IMG/VR virus record: IMGVR_UViG_3300017963_000242
Span: 15,804-79,803 of that record
Reading direction: 5' to 3' (one strand)
DNA from: a virus
Length of the DNA: 64,000 nt
This document shows, piece by piece, positions 49,054 to 58,005 of this stretch; position 1 is the first letter of the stretch; each line of letters starts with the position of its first letter. The notes beneath the pieces are model-generated. The model was not told where the DNA came from, made no database searches, and saw only the letters and a list, made by a program, of their open reading frames with translations. The position numbers and the translations under genes are program-made.

Positions 49054-49429
49054 ACTTTGGATTGATGGACAGCCACCGCGCAAAAGCAACAACCGGCGCA
49101 TCGTCCGACGCGGACGCAATGGGCCGCCGATGTCCATCAAGAGCCAAGGCGCTCTGGACTGGATACGCGCAGCAAACATGCAAATACCAGTCGATGCGCG
49201 ACAATGTCTAGGCAGTCTAGAGCGTCCTCTCAGAATTAGAATGGACATCTATTATAAGTCACGTCGGCCTGATTTGTCTGGAGAACTTGTGCTAGACCTA
49301 CTCCAGACAGTCGGCGTTATCTCCGATGATCGCTACGTGTACGCCTGGGAGCTTTACAAGCATTTTGATAAAGAACGACCGGGCATAGCGATACGGGTTG
49401 AATACTTGAACAATGATGAGGCAGAATGA
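49046..49429 (+). CDS. rusA: RusA-like Holliday junction resolvase
   Basis: G.PP.KSN, RPDLS...LDLLQ..GVISDDR.V. Confidence 0.75.
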   Translation: MIELWIDGQPPRKSNNRRIVRRGRNGPPMSIKSQGALDWIRAANMQIPVDARQCLGSLERPLRIRMDIYYKSRRPDLSGELVLDLLQTVGVISDDRYVYAWELYKHFDKERPGIAIRVEYLNNDEAE

Positions 49430-49622
49430 ACATCGACGAATGGAAGCGAGTAGCCGAGCGCCATGCTGGTTGTCCGCTCAAATGGACAGACCGCTCTTGC
49501 CCTTGGTCCGGCGCTACTGCGTGGGCAGACGGGCCGCTCTGGACCTATTCTATCATGATGAAACACGACCCGCCCGCCGTGCGCATACGCGGCACAGAAA
49601 CAATTCCACTGGAAGGAGAAAC

Positions 49623-49823
49623 ATGCGAACCAAAACCTGTCCCATCTGTGAAGGAAGCAAGACATGCAACCACTGCTACGGAGTCGGCTGTGAATGGTGC
49701 GATTTCACTGGCAAGTGCCTTACCTGTTCTGGAACAGGCGTCGTTCCTGTGACCCCGCCCAAATTCACTATCTCGCACAAAGGCGAGTACGCTCAAATCT
49801 CATTGGAGCGGGCGAATGACTGA
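49623..49823 (+). CDS. DnaJ-type CxxCxGxG zinc-finger protein
   Basis: Four CxxC.G repeats. Confidence 0.6.
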   Translation: MRTKTCPICEGSKTCNHCYGVGCEWCDFTGKCLTCSGTGVVPVTPPKFTISHKGEYAQISLERAND

Positions 49824-50580
49824 AACCCGCGCACCTTATGTCATCGACCGCAAAATGCCAAAGTTTACCGTTGCACAGGAAACCGCCGACTGGCCCAAGC
49901 TGCTCAAGGCGTGTACCCTGTTCGTCCTCCCGGCATCGGTGTCCGAGTGGTATGCCATTGACGACAGCGGACTGCTCTATGCAAATGGCGTTGACGAGAA
50001 TGCCTTTCGCGCTATGTGGAAGCACTTGGTTTCTCTCGAAAAGGCACTGCCACGCGCCATTGGCAATGCTCTTAACTATGCCGAGCGTCATTTCAACGAG
50101 GATCTGATTGACGAACTGATGATCCTATCAGGTAGGCGCGAAAGCACGCTACGCCAGTACAAGCGCGTCTACAATCCGCATACCGGCGTTGCGCCTGAAC
50201 GCCAGCGAGACGGTGTTCCATACTCATACGACCGCGAAGCCGCGCCACTGCCACCAGACGAACAAGACAAGCTGCTCGACCGGGTAGTGGCCGGAGAGTT
50301 TGATAGCTCTGAGCAAGTGCATGCCGAGCGGCTGCGCATCCAGAAGGAAACGCCTAAAGAGACGTTCGCGCCCGAACTGCCTGTTATCTGCCCGATATGC
50401 GGTGGACAGCATGGATGGAATAGGGCGCGGTTGGACTGGGTAGAATGCGCAGACTGTCACGCGAAAGGCTTTGAGCCATTGGATCACTTGGCAAAGCTGC
50501 GTGCCGCTGTGGTGCATCTTTACAAAACTGGCGACCGTGGGCCGCTAGATGCTTACGTGGCAGACTACCACGTCTGCTAA
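49816..50580 (+). CDS. LmbU-like putative regulator with Zn ribbon
   Basis: IGNALNYAE...STLRQYKRV...YSYDREAAPLP..EQDKLL; CPICG..C.DC. Confidence 0.5.
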   Translation: MTETRAPYVIDRKMPKFTVAQETADWPKLLKACTLFVLPASVSEWYAIDDSGLLYANGVDENAFRAMWKHLVSLEKALPRAIGNALNYAERHFNEDLIDELMILSGRRESTLRQYKRVYNPHTGVAPERQRDGVPYSYDREAAPLPPDEQDKLLDRVVAGEFDSSEQVHAERLRIQKETPKETFAPELPVICPICGGQHGWNRARLDWVECADCHAKGFEPLDHLAKLRAAVVHLYKTGDRGPLDAYVADYHVC

Positions 50581-50598
50581 TGTGGAGTAGCGGATACT

Positions 50599-51405
50599 AT
50601 GAACGAATTCATTTGTCGTATCTGTGGCAAAGCCGGTGAGGGTCAGTCATTCGAAGCGTGGGTCAAGCCCACATTTATGGACTGGGACAAACTCGTGCCT
50701 GGAGAGATCATTTGTTCTGATTGCCTATTCTGGTTTGAGGAGCGTAGCGAGGAATTGGCGCGGCGCGTCGGCAAAGAAAAGCCGCAGCGAATGCGGAATT
50801 ACAGCCACTTTATTGTGGCTGGCGAGTGGATACCACTTTCCAAAGGAGACAAGACGCGAATGCAGGCGCTGCTGTTTGCGTCTCCTTTTCCAGAGCTTGC
50901 CGCCGTCGCGGTGAGCGGTCAGAAGCATATCGCGTTTAGAGCGCAACGCAACCCGCCGGGCGCGGCAGGTGGCTGGGTACAGGTAGAAGAGCAGGCGCTT
51001 TATCTCGCACCGGATAAATTGCGCGCTGTGTTGGCGACAGTCGAAGCGCTGTATGCCGGATTCAGCAAGTCGGAAATCGAGACCGGCGACTATGCCGGTT
51101 ATCGCGTTTTAAAGTTCGGGTTGGAAGCATGGCAATCGCTAGAAGCGGTTGTCTCACCCCAACGGGGTAGTTTGTTATTTCAATTGGCGCTGTTTTTGGC
51201 GCAGAAAGGTACAAGCGGCGATGGACGAACTCAAGCAGCAGGCCATAGAACTGCTGGCGATTCTATGGCGCGGGATGCCGGCGGACTACAAAAGCCGGTA
51301 TCGGATGAACATTTGGGATCAGTTTCGAGACCAGATCAGGAGCGCGGCCTACACAAGCAGCCTGGACAGGTGTATCAGCTCACTTTGCCAGAAATTGAAC
51401 TGTGA
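50599..51405 (+). CDS. csf1: Type IV CRISPR-associated large subunit Csf1 (Cas8-like)
   Basis: CRICG...TF.DWD...ICSDC, RNYSH, SGQKH; first gene of the operon. Confidence 0.75.
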   Translation: MNEFICRICGKAGEGQSFEAWVKPTFMDWDKLVPGEIICSDCLFWFEERSEELARRVGKEKPQRMRNYSHFIVAGEWIPLSKGDKTRMQALLFASPFPELAAVAVSGQKHIAFRAQRNPPGAAGGWVQVEEQALYLAPDKLRAVLATVEALYAGFSKSEIETGDYAGYRVLKFGLEAWQSLEAVVSPQRGSLLFQLALFLAQKGTSGDGRTQAAGHRTAGDSMARDAGGLQKPVSDEHLGSVSRPDQERGLHKQPGQVYQLTLPEIEL

Positions 51406-51598
51406 TATTGGCCGAAACGCCGATGACCGGGAGCGCGCCGAGGAGATCTTGAACAGCGCGGATGATCGCGCAATACTCAAGTTGCTGCGCGATGAAACAA
51501 CCGTGCTCGTTCTGCACGTGCGAGTCGCCAACCAGGCGCGGCGCAAGGAGTGGGAAGAGGAGCACCTGGACGAATGGACAAAGGAGACAGCAGTGTGA
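51221..51598 (+). CDS. cas11: Type IV-B small subunit Cas11 (Csf4)
   Basis: ~125 aa all-helical protein between csf1 and csf2. Confidence 0.7.
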   Translation: MDELKQQAIELLAILWRGMPADYKSRYRMNIWDQFRDQIRSAAYTSSLDRCISSLCQKLNCDIGRNADDRERAEEILNSADDRAILKLLRDETTVLVLHVRVANQARRKEWEEEHLDEWTKETAV

Positions 51599-52569
51599 AG
51601 ACTTTTGTATTCGAAGGAACGATGATGGCGTTAACGAGTATCTCTCATATCGGCGATACGTTCGGCGTGAATGCGCGCTTGCGGCGCGAAAAGGTGGTTC
51701 AGCCGGACGGTTCAGTAGAAGAGATCCCGATCATCAGCGGAAACGCGCTGCGCGGCATCCTGCGCGACCGGGGAATGCTGCATATGGTGCGACAGCTTGG
51801 CTATGGCGAACCGGGCGAGGATGGCGTGCCACAAGGTATGTCGTTGGCCGCGTTTTACTTTCTCTTTTCCGGCGGCGCGCTGACCAAAGACGCCGGGCGC
51901 GGGCTGGACATTGACCGGGCGCGCCAGTGGCGCGAGTTGATCCCGCTTGTGGCGCTGTTTGGCGGGGCGATGGGAAATCAAATCATGCCGGGCAAGCTCA
52001 AAGTCGGCAAGGCGATCCCGATCTGCCAGGAGACGGCGCACATCTTGCCGGAGCGGTACGCTCAAGGCGAGATCAAGTCGGTGTGGGACTTTTGCCAAGA
52101 GGAGGCATACACGCGGCGGGACGATGAGAAAAACGAGAATCTACGCCAACTGATCGCGCCTGCTGCTCGCGCGCTCTTGGAGGCCAAAGCCAGCGTAGAA
52201 CGGCAAAAGAGCGGCACGAAAGAGGATGTGGTGGCCGAGACCGGCCAAAAGCAGCAGATGCGCTATTACGTCGAGACGCTGGCGGCGGGGACCCCATTGT
52301 TTTGGGACTTGACGCTAGACGACGCGACAGAGATCGAGTTTGAGGCGTTCGCGGTGACGTTGGCCGAGTTTGGCCGCCTGCCCTACATCGGCGGTAAAAG
52401 CGGCGTGGGGCTGGGCAAGGTCTCGATCTCATTCGACCAGTGGATCGAGATCAACCCACGCCTCGCGCCGGATGGGCGCGAGGTCGGCCTGCCGCTTGGA
52501 TCACAGTATATGGATCACATACGGGAGCGCGGGACAGAAATCCGCGACTTGATCGATGGCCTATCGTGA
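51595..52569 (+). CDS. csf2: Type IV Cas7-like backbone Csf2
   Basis: ALTSISH, IPIISGNALRGILRD, LFSGGAL, LFGG, YTRRDD, QM.Y..E, IGGKSGVGLGKV Gly loop. Confidence 0.9.
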   Translation: MKTFVFEGTMMALTSISHIGDTFGVNARLRREKVVQPDGSVEEIPIISGNALRGILRDRGMLHMVRQLGYGEPGEDGVPQGMSLAAFYFLFSGGALTKDAGRGLDIDRARQWRELIPLVALFGGAMGNQIMPGKLKVGKAIPICQETAHILPERYAQGEIKSVWDFCQEEAYTRRDDEKNENLRQLIAPAARALLEAKASVERQKSGTKEDVVAETGQKQQMRYYVETLAAGTPLFWDLTLDDATEIEFEAFAVTLAEFGRLPYIGGKSGVGLGKVSISFDQWIEINPRLAPDGREVGLPLGSQYMDHIRERGTEIRDLIDGLS

Positions 52570-53245
52570 CAGATACGACCTAGAACCGCTGCGCGTGCGC
52601 GCCTGGCTGCGCAGCGGCGTAGTGGCGGATCGGCACTTGCCGCTAGATGGCATTCTGCTCTATCAGAATCACCGCGCCGCGCTGGGCGCGCTAGAGATGA
52701 CAGTGCCGGGCGAGTACACCAACAATGCGCCGGTGGCAACGCTACCGCTGGGCATCCTGAACCCCGGGCGTCGCCACTGGTACTACCAGTGCTCGTGGGC
52801 ACAGTGGTCACACCAGGTCGAGGGTCAAGATCACTGGAATAAGCGATTCAGATCGCAGTTGGTCGATCTGGTTGAGTTCGGCAAGCGGCGGGGTAAGGTG
52901 ATCGTGGAGCAAGGTGAATATCGAGCGTATCATATGCCGATCTTTTACCGCACCGCGCTGTGGGTCGAATGGTACTGCGTAGGCGACAAAAAAGAGATCG
53001 AATATTTTTTGTCCACCGTCACGCACCTGGGCAAAAAGGCCGTGCAGGGCTGGGGCCGCGTGGCGCGTTGGCAGATCGAGCCGTGGCCGTGGGACTGGTC
53101 CGTGTGGCGCGCGGATGGTCGCTTGATGCGCGGCATACCACCAGAGGACCTAGACGGCCACCAGTTTGATTTGAGCGTCGGTAATTATGGCATACGGCCT
53201 AGCTACTGGAAGCGTAGCAATCAGATGGTGCTGGTGCTGCCATGA
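52556..53245 (+). CDS. csf3: Type IV Cas5-like Csf3
   Basis: PLRVRA.L, LDGIL, LPL, VGD, LGKKAVQGWGRV, RPSYW. Confidence 0.85.
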   Translation: MAYRDRYDLEPLRVRAWLRSGVVADRHLPLDGILLYQNHRAALGALEMTVPGEYTNNAPVATLPLGILNPGRRHWYYQCSWAQWSHQVEGQDHWNKRFRSQLVDLVEFGKRRGKVIVEQGEYRAYHMPIFYRTALWVEWYCVGDKKEIEYFLSTVTHLGKKAVQGWGRVARWQIEPWPWDWSVWRADGRLMRGIPPEDLDGHQFDLSVGNYGIRPSYWKRSNQMVLVLP

Positions 53246-53988
53246 TGCCGGACGAATTACGAGAGCGGTTTGAATTGTATGGCCGATTGGACCAGCACCG
53301 GCGGCGTGTCAAGCAGGCGCGGGATATAGTAGCTCGCGCCTTAGATACGTGCGGTAACTGGTACGTCGCATTTAGCGGCGGAAAAGACAGCACGTGTGTA
53401 TTGACATTGGTACGTGAGCAAGCGCCCCGCACAGTTGCCGCGTGCTCTGTTCCAGAGTTTACATTGCCAGAGACAGCCGCCTATCTGGAGAACGTGCCGA
53501 ATCTGGAGCGAGTGGCGTCAGGTTCGGATCACGAAACAGGGTGGGCAGTGAATTGGGCAGGGCCAGAGGATGTGCCAGCGCATATTCGATGGATTGGAGC
53601 ACGCGGGAGCACACTGCCGAACTATGGCCTGGCTTTGTCGAATGTGTTCCTTGGCTTGCGAGAGGAAGAGAGCAGCGCTCGCAGCGCTCACCTGCGCTCA
53701 CAGGGCGTGCTGTTTTTCTCGAAAAAGGGACAAGGCTGGCACTGCTCACCACTGGCAAAGTGGACGGTCGAGGATGTGTGGGCGTACATTTTGGGGGAGG
53801 GATTGGACTATAACCACGCATACGACAGAATGTCCGAGATCGGTGTGCCACTGGAACAGCAGCGGATCGGGCCGTTTGCGGTTGATCGCGTGTTAGGCTA
53901 TGGGCCTCTTGCGATCTTAAAGCGGGGCTGGCCGGATGTGTTTAATGCATATGCGGCGCTGTATCCAGAGGCGCGCCAGTTCGTATGA
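53242..53988 (+). CDS. cysH: CysH/PAPS-reductase-like protein of the type IV-B locus
   Basis: AFSGGKDS PP-loop, GLREEES..R, PLAKW...DVWAYI. Confidence 0.85.
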   Translation: MMPDELRERFELYGRLDQHRRRVKQARDIVARALDTCGNWYVAFSGGKDSTCVLTLVREQAPRTVAACSVPEFTLPETAAYLENVPNLERVASGSDHETGWAVNWAGPEDVPAHIRWIGARGSTLPNYGLALSNVFLGLREEESSARSAHLRSQGVLFFSKKGQGWHCSPLAKWTVEDVWAYILGEGLDYNHAYDRMSEIGVPLEQQRIGPFAVDRVLGYGPLAILKRGWPDVFNAYAALYPEARQFV

Positions 53989-54034
53989 GGCTTGGTATTC
54001 CGCCAATGTGGAAACTCAGAAAGGGAGAATATAA

Positions 54035-54250
54035 ATGAAACGATATAATACGCCATGCGGTCAAACAAAAGTGTGCACTAACTGCGACGGCACAGGCGAG
54101 TGCCCAGAGTGTAGCGGCACAGGCGAGTGCCCGATATGTGATGGTGATGGCTGTGATGATTGTGGCCATTCTGGTTCGTGTGACTATTGCGCTGACAACC
54201 CTGGGCGCTGCAACGAGTGTAATGGCACTGGACGTATTCCGCTAAGTTGA
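54035..54250 (+). CDS. DnaJ-type cysteine-rich zinc-finger protein
   Basis: Multiple CxxCxGxG repeats. Confidence 0.7.
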   Translation: MKRYNTPCGQTKVCTNCDGTGECPECSGTGECPICDGDGCDDCGHSGSCDYCADNPGRCNECNGTGRIPLS

Positions 54251-54270
54251 CTACTTGGCATCCCCCTGTA

Positions 54271-54305
54271 ATTTGGGATAACTTGGGATAATGTACGGCT
54301 GTACG
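54271..54305 (+). repeat. Dispersed 34-35 bp repeat, copy 3
   Basis: ATTTGGGATAACTTGGGATAATGTACGGCTGTACG. Confidence 0.9.
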
Positions 54306-54315
54306 AGTGCATTGT

Positions 54316-54371
54316 CCCAACCTTAAATTTTATCCGAAAGCCTGACAATTCACCTGCCAATGTGCTATAAT
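54316..54371 (+). promoter_or_regulatory. sigma70 promoter with upstream CCCAACCTTAAATTT box
   Basis: CTGACA 54342, TG-TATAAT 54366. Confidence 0.75.
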
Positions 54372-54406
54372 GAGTTATCGGGTAAACTGACAGAGAAAGG
54401 ATAGTT

Positions 54407-55550
54407 ATGAAACTGAGACGATATAGTAAAAAAGAAGATGCACTTATCAAAGAGTGTGTTCAAAAAGGAATGGTGGCTACAGAGATCGCGGAGACGCTGA
54501 CAGAGGCCGGTTATCCGCGCAACTATGGCAGCGTGTACATGCGCTGCCGGGCACTTGGTATCAAAATTCCCAAGCGGCGAGCCACCCCCGCTCCGCCGCC
54601 GCGCCAACGTGCTCGGTATCAGATTGGCAAATCGGGCCAGATCGGCGTGCACACGCCAAAGGGCCACAAAGACCAGTGGCAGGGATGGCTTGATACTGTC
54701 AGCGATGTAATGCATGACGCGCGAGGCTATCCAACTCTGACCAAGGCAGTGGCCTACTGCCTTCAGGCCGGGGCTGAGAAAGCAGAGCGAGAGGCGTCCG
54801 AGTGAACGAGCGCGTGGACTTGCGTATCAAGATCACGCCGACCGAATCGGTACAGTGGCGAGCCGATATAGCCAAAATCCATGCCGTATTGGGCAGGGTG
54901 CCATACAAGTACCTGATTCTGATAGCGGTTCACAGATTCGCCAAAGAACTGAGCACTTCAGATAGAAAGGTTGGGCAGGATGTTCAAAAGATGTGATCTC
55001 TGCGGCAAACCTGCAAAGAAATGAGACAAATCTGGCGATATGGATTTGGGCCACACTACGGCACTGGATGCGCAACAAATTGGATGCGCCAGGTGTACGA
55101 GTATCGCGGCCATATCGTCTACATCGACCGGCAGCACAGGCCCTCGCGCCAGTTCGAGGTCTTTGTGCCAGTTGATAAAGACCTCTGGTTCATCGGAGAG
55201 TTCTATGCATCTCCGATGCGCCACATCCGAACGTGGAGTGATGCAGAACGAAAGGCCCGCCAGTTGGTTGACCAGTGGATGGTAGAAAGGAAGACTGCAT
55301 GATGACCAGTACAACAGCAGAACAGGCCAGAAACGCAATTGAGAGCGCACGCGAGTATGGAACACCGCTCAAGATGCTTGATAGTCAGATTGAACTAGCC
55401 GTCGAGGCTATTATCGAAGATCTGACTGGCCGACGCGGAATCAAGCACGAATGGCATCAAATCGACCAAGACATCCAGAACGAAATCCGCTACGTGTGGG
55501 GATGCATTATCGAGAGCGTGTTGGTCGACGCCGGGGCTAGGGAGGACTGA
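54407..55550 (+). CDS. Small hypothetical/regulatory genes (54407-54805 Myb/HTH-like, 54802-54996, 55021-55302, 55299-55550)
   Basis: Coupled ORFs with RBS. Confidence 0.55.
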
Positions 55551-55954
55551 TGCCATTCATTAAATACGTCTGCGACCTTAACAATGACTCGCCAGAACTG
55601 AGAGACTGTCTGCATTGTCACCGTTCCGGTTCTTGGGTCAAGCTCGAACAGGAATGCAAGCGAGAGGGCTATCCTACCCGAATGATATTCTTTTTCGTTC
55701 GCTGTACCGATTGCGGCATGCGTGGACCTGAATACGGAGCAGATAGATACAACTGGCGCGATGAAGATGAAGCAAAACTTAACGCTCTCCGTGCGTGGAA
55801 TGGTCTGCATCGTCCGTGCGATGACCCGCCGCCACAGAAGCCGCGAGAGACGCCGTTTCCAGGCTGGACGCTGATTCGCTCTCTGGTCCTACGACTGGCT
55901 GTACTCGTTGATAAAGTACAGAAAGAACTTGATAGGCCCGACTTGACAGACTAG
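55550..55954 (+). CDS. Lar-like (restriction alleviation) Zn-ribbon protein
   Basis: CLHC...FVRCTDCGMRGP...A..AWN. Confidence 0.55.
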   Translation: MPFIKYVCDLNNDSPELRDCLHCHRSGSWVKLEQECKREGYPTRMIFFFVRCTDCGMRGPEYGADRYNWRDEDEAKLNALRAWNGLHRPCDDPPPQKPRETPFPGWTLIRSLVLRLAVLVDKVQKELDRPDLTD

Positions 55955-55967
55955 AAAGGAACTAGCG

Positions 55968-56439
55968 GTGCTAACAATCGAAGCAACTCGAATCACCGTG
56001 ACAATCACAGAGCATACAGACGAGATACCTCAAGGGCTCGCCCGTGATGCAGCAATCAGATACGCACTTGGTATTGGCATTGGTTGGAAAGTCGTGTCTG
56101 CGCATTGGAACAACCATCGGTGGAATATCATTCTGAGCAGAGATACCAATACGCCCGTTCGCAATGGCAAAGATGTCCAAGCTATCTCGCGTGCTGTTGA
56201 CAGAATCAGACAGAAAGGAACTAGCGATGGGCAGATACTCAACTCAATCAAGCTACGATCATCGGTGCAAACGCATAACATGGGGCTTTGAAATATCCTG
56301 GACCATTGATCGGTATTACAGTGGCTCAAGACTCCGCTTCCCCACCACCTACAGGCGCATCACAGACCGGGCCGGAGCGCGCCGCTTTTGCAAAAAGTGG
56401 GGGCTTGACGAACCCGACTTGACAAATCGAGACGGATAG
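55968..56439 (+). CDS. Two hypothetical genes (55968-56291, 56227-56439)
   Basis: Both preceded by the identical AGAAAGGAACTAGCG initiation region. Confidence 0.55.
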
Positions 56440-56448
56440 GAAAATGCT

Positions 56449-57237
56449 ATGCCACTAATTGAACCAATGCTAACCGGAACACGAGATAGGATACAAATCG
56501 CCATTGACCGGCTACGTAACTTTGAGCCGCCAGATGGCTACTACTTGGCGTTCAGTGGTGGCAAAGACAGCGTGACCATTCTGCGACTGGCAGAGATGGC
56601 AGGTGTCAAATTTGATGCGCATTATCACGTTACCACAGTGGACCCGCCAGAGCTTGTAAAGTTTATCAAGTCAGAACATCCAAGCGTGGAACGCCACCGG
56701 CCTGAGATGTCGATGTTTCGCTTGATTTTGTTCAAGCATTGGCCGCCCATGCGCAAACAGCGATATTGTTGTGAGCGACTGAAAGAGCACGGCGGCGACG
56801 GTCGAACAATTGTCCAGGGCGTTCGGTGGGCTGAGTCTCCAAGGCGCAAGACACAGCGTAAAATGGTTGAGATTTGTGGGCGGCGCGATATGAGAACTGT
56901 TAACCCGATTATCGACTGGTCGGATGCAGACGTGTGGGAATTCATTCACCAGGAACAAGTACCCTACTGCTCGCTCTACGATGAAGGGTTCAAGCGACTT
57001 GGCTGCGTTCTTTGTCCACTTGGCGGACATCCTGAGCTAGAGGCCGAACGGTGGCCGCAGATAGCCAAAGCGTACATAAGCACATTTGATAGGCTGCTTG
57101 ATGTACGTGCCGCGATTGGAAAGACGCAACGATTCCAAACCGGACAAGAGCTATTCGACTGGTGGATTGACCGTCGCCCCCACAAGCGACCGCCTGACGA
57201 ACAGATGACTTTCGACGAACTCGACTTGACAAATTGA
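56449..57237 (+). CDS. Second PAPS-reductase-family protein (Fe-S type)
   Basis: AFSGGKDS, TTVDPPE, RYCCERLKE, GVRWAES.RR, RLGCVLCP. Confidence 0.9.
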   Translation: MPLIEPMLTGTRDRIQIAIDRLRNFEPPDGYYLAFSGGKDSVTILRLAEMAGVKFDAHYHVTTVDPPELVKFIKSEHPSVERHRPEMSMFRLILFKHWPPMRKQRYCCERLKEHGGDGRTIVQGVRWAESPRRKTQRKMVEICGRRDMRTVNPIIDWSDADVWEFIHQEQVPYCSLYDEGFKRLGCVLCPLGGHPELEAERWPQIAKAYISTFDRLLDVRAAIGKTQRFQTGQELFDWWIDRRPHKRPPDEQMTFDELDLTN

Positions 57238-57270
57238 CCGAATCATGACCCTATAGAAAGGATACCACCA

Positions 57271-57495
57271 ATGGCATATCAAACAAAAGTAGTGAACTAC
57301 TCAAGCGAAAAAGAAATGCAGCGCGGCATTCGAGTAATGCAGCGCCGTGGCTGGGAAGTCGTCACGACCAGCACTACCGACGAAGGGTATGGATGTTTCA
57401 AAACAGCCACACTCGGCTGTCTTTTCCTGCCGCTGGCTCTACTCGGCAAGAAACCCAAGAAGTACACGGTTCAGTATCGACGACCAAAAGCCTAA
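57271..57495 (+). CDS. Small membrane-associated hypothetical protein
   Basis: GWEVV plus hydrophobic GCLFLPLALLG. Confidence 0.6.
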   Translation: MAYQTKVVNYSSEKEMQRGIRVMQRRGWEVVTTSTTDEGYGCFKTATLGCLFLPLALLGKKPKKYTVQYRRPKA

Positions 57496-57501
57496 CTCGA
57501 T

Positions 57502-57712
57502 TTGACAAGCTGACCCATCTTGTGCTATAATGTGTTTGTCGCAAGAAAAAGCGCGACAACCCGATTAAAGACCTGTGGCAGGGTCTAAACGACGGATGAA
57601 AGATATACTAGAACCAGGATCGCCTTTTTTGCGTCCTGTTGTATCCTACCTCTTTACCCGTCGTAGGGCTGCCACAGGATATACAGGACGCAAAGCAGGC
57701 GATTTTTGTTTT
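57502..57712 (+). promoter_or_regulatory. Promoter plus attenuator-like structured leader
   Basis: TTGACA 57502, TATAAT 57526; long hairpin 57619-57703 followed by a T-tract. Confidence 0.7.
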
Positions 57713-57729
57713 GAGAAAGGACCGCTCTG

Positions 57730-58005
57730 ATGTTAAGACGCAAATGCCCAAAATGTAGACGACGAAAACGGATCCACCCATTCCATTGCGAATGGTGCGA
57801 TGACTGCCAACTTTCCGCTACTGATGATATTATGCGGATGATTGGCTACACCGTTTCGTTTTGTCACAAAGACCTAATCGATGATGCCGAAGAGACCTGG
57901 CAGGCCGCTTGGGATTTGACAATGAATCTGCCGCATGACTATCCTGATTATTCTGCTCTATGTGACATTCTGAGCGACATTTGTCCCGTTCCGGGGGAGC
58001 AATGA
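57730..58005 (+). CDS. Hypothetical Zn-finger protein
   Basis: CPKC...C..C; RBS AAAGGA. Confidence 0.55.
   Translation: MLRRKCPKCRRRKRIHPFHCEWCDDCQLSATDDIMRMIGYTVSFCHKDLIDDAEETWQAAWDLTMNLPHDYPDYSALCDILSDICPVPGEQ

Noticed and set aside
50000-54500. CRISPR array next to the csf genes
   Set aside because: No regularly spaced repeat-spacer units were visible. The short repeat at ~54088-54133 is coding (GTGECP x2), and the 34-bp element occurs singly.
54980-55024. Possible frameshift joining MFKRCDLCGKPAKK to ORF 55021-55302
   Set aside because: One extra A would fuse them, but an ATGA-type coupled start explains it equally well; cannot be resolved without reads or homologs.
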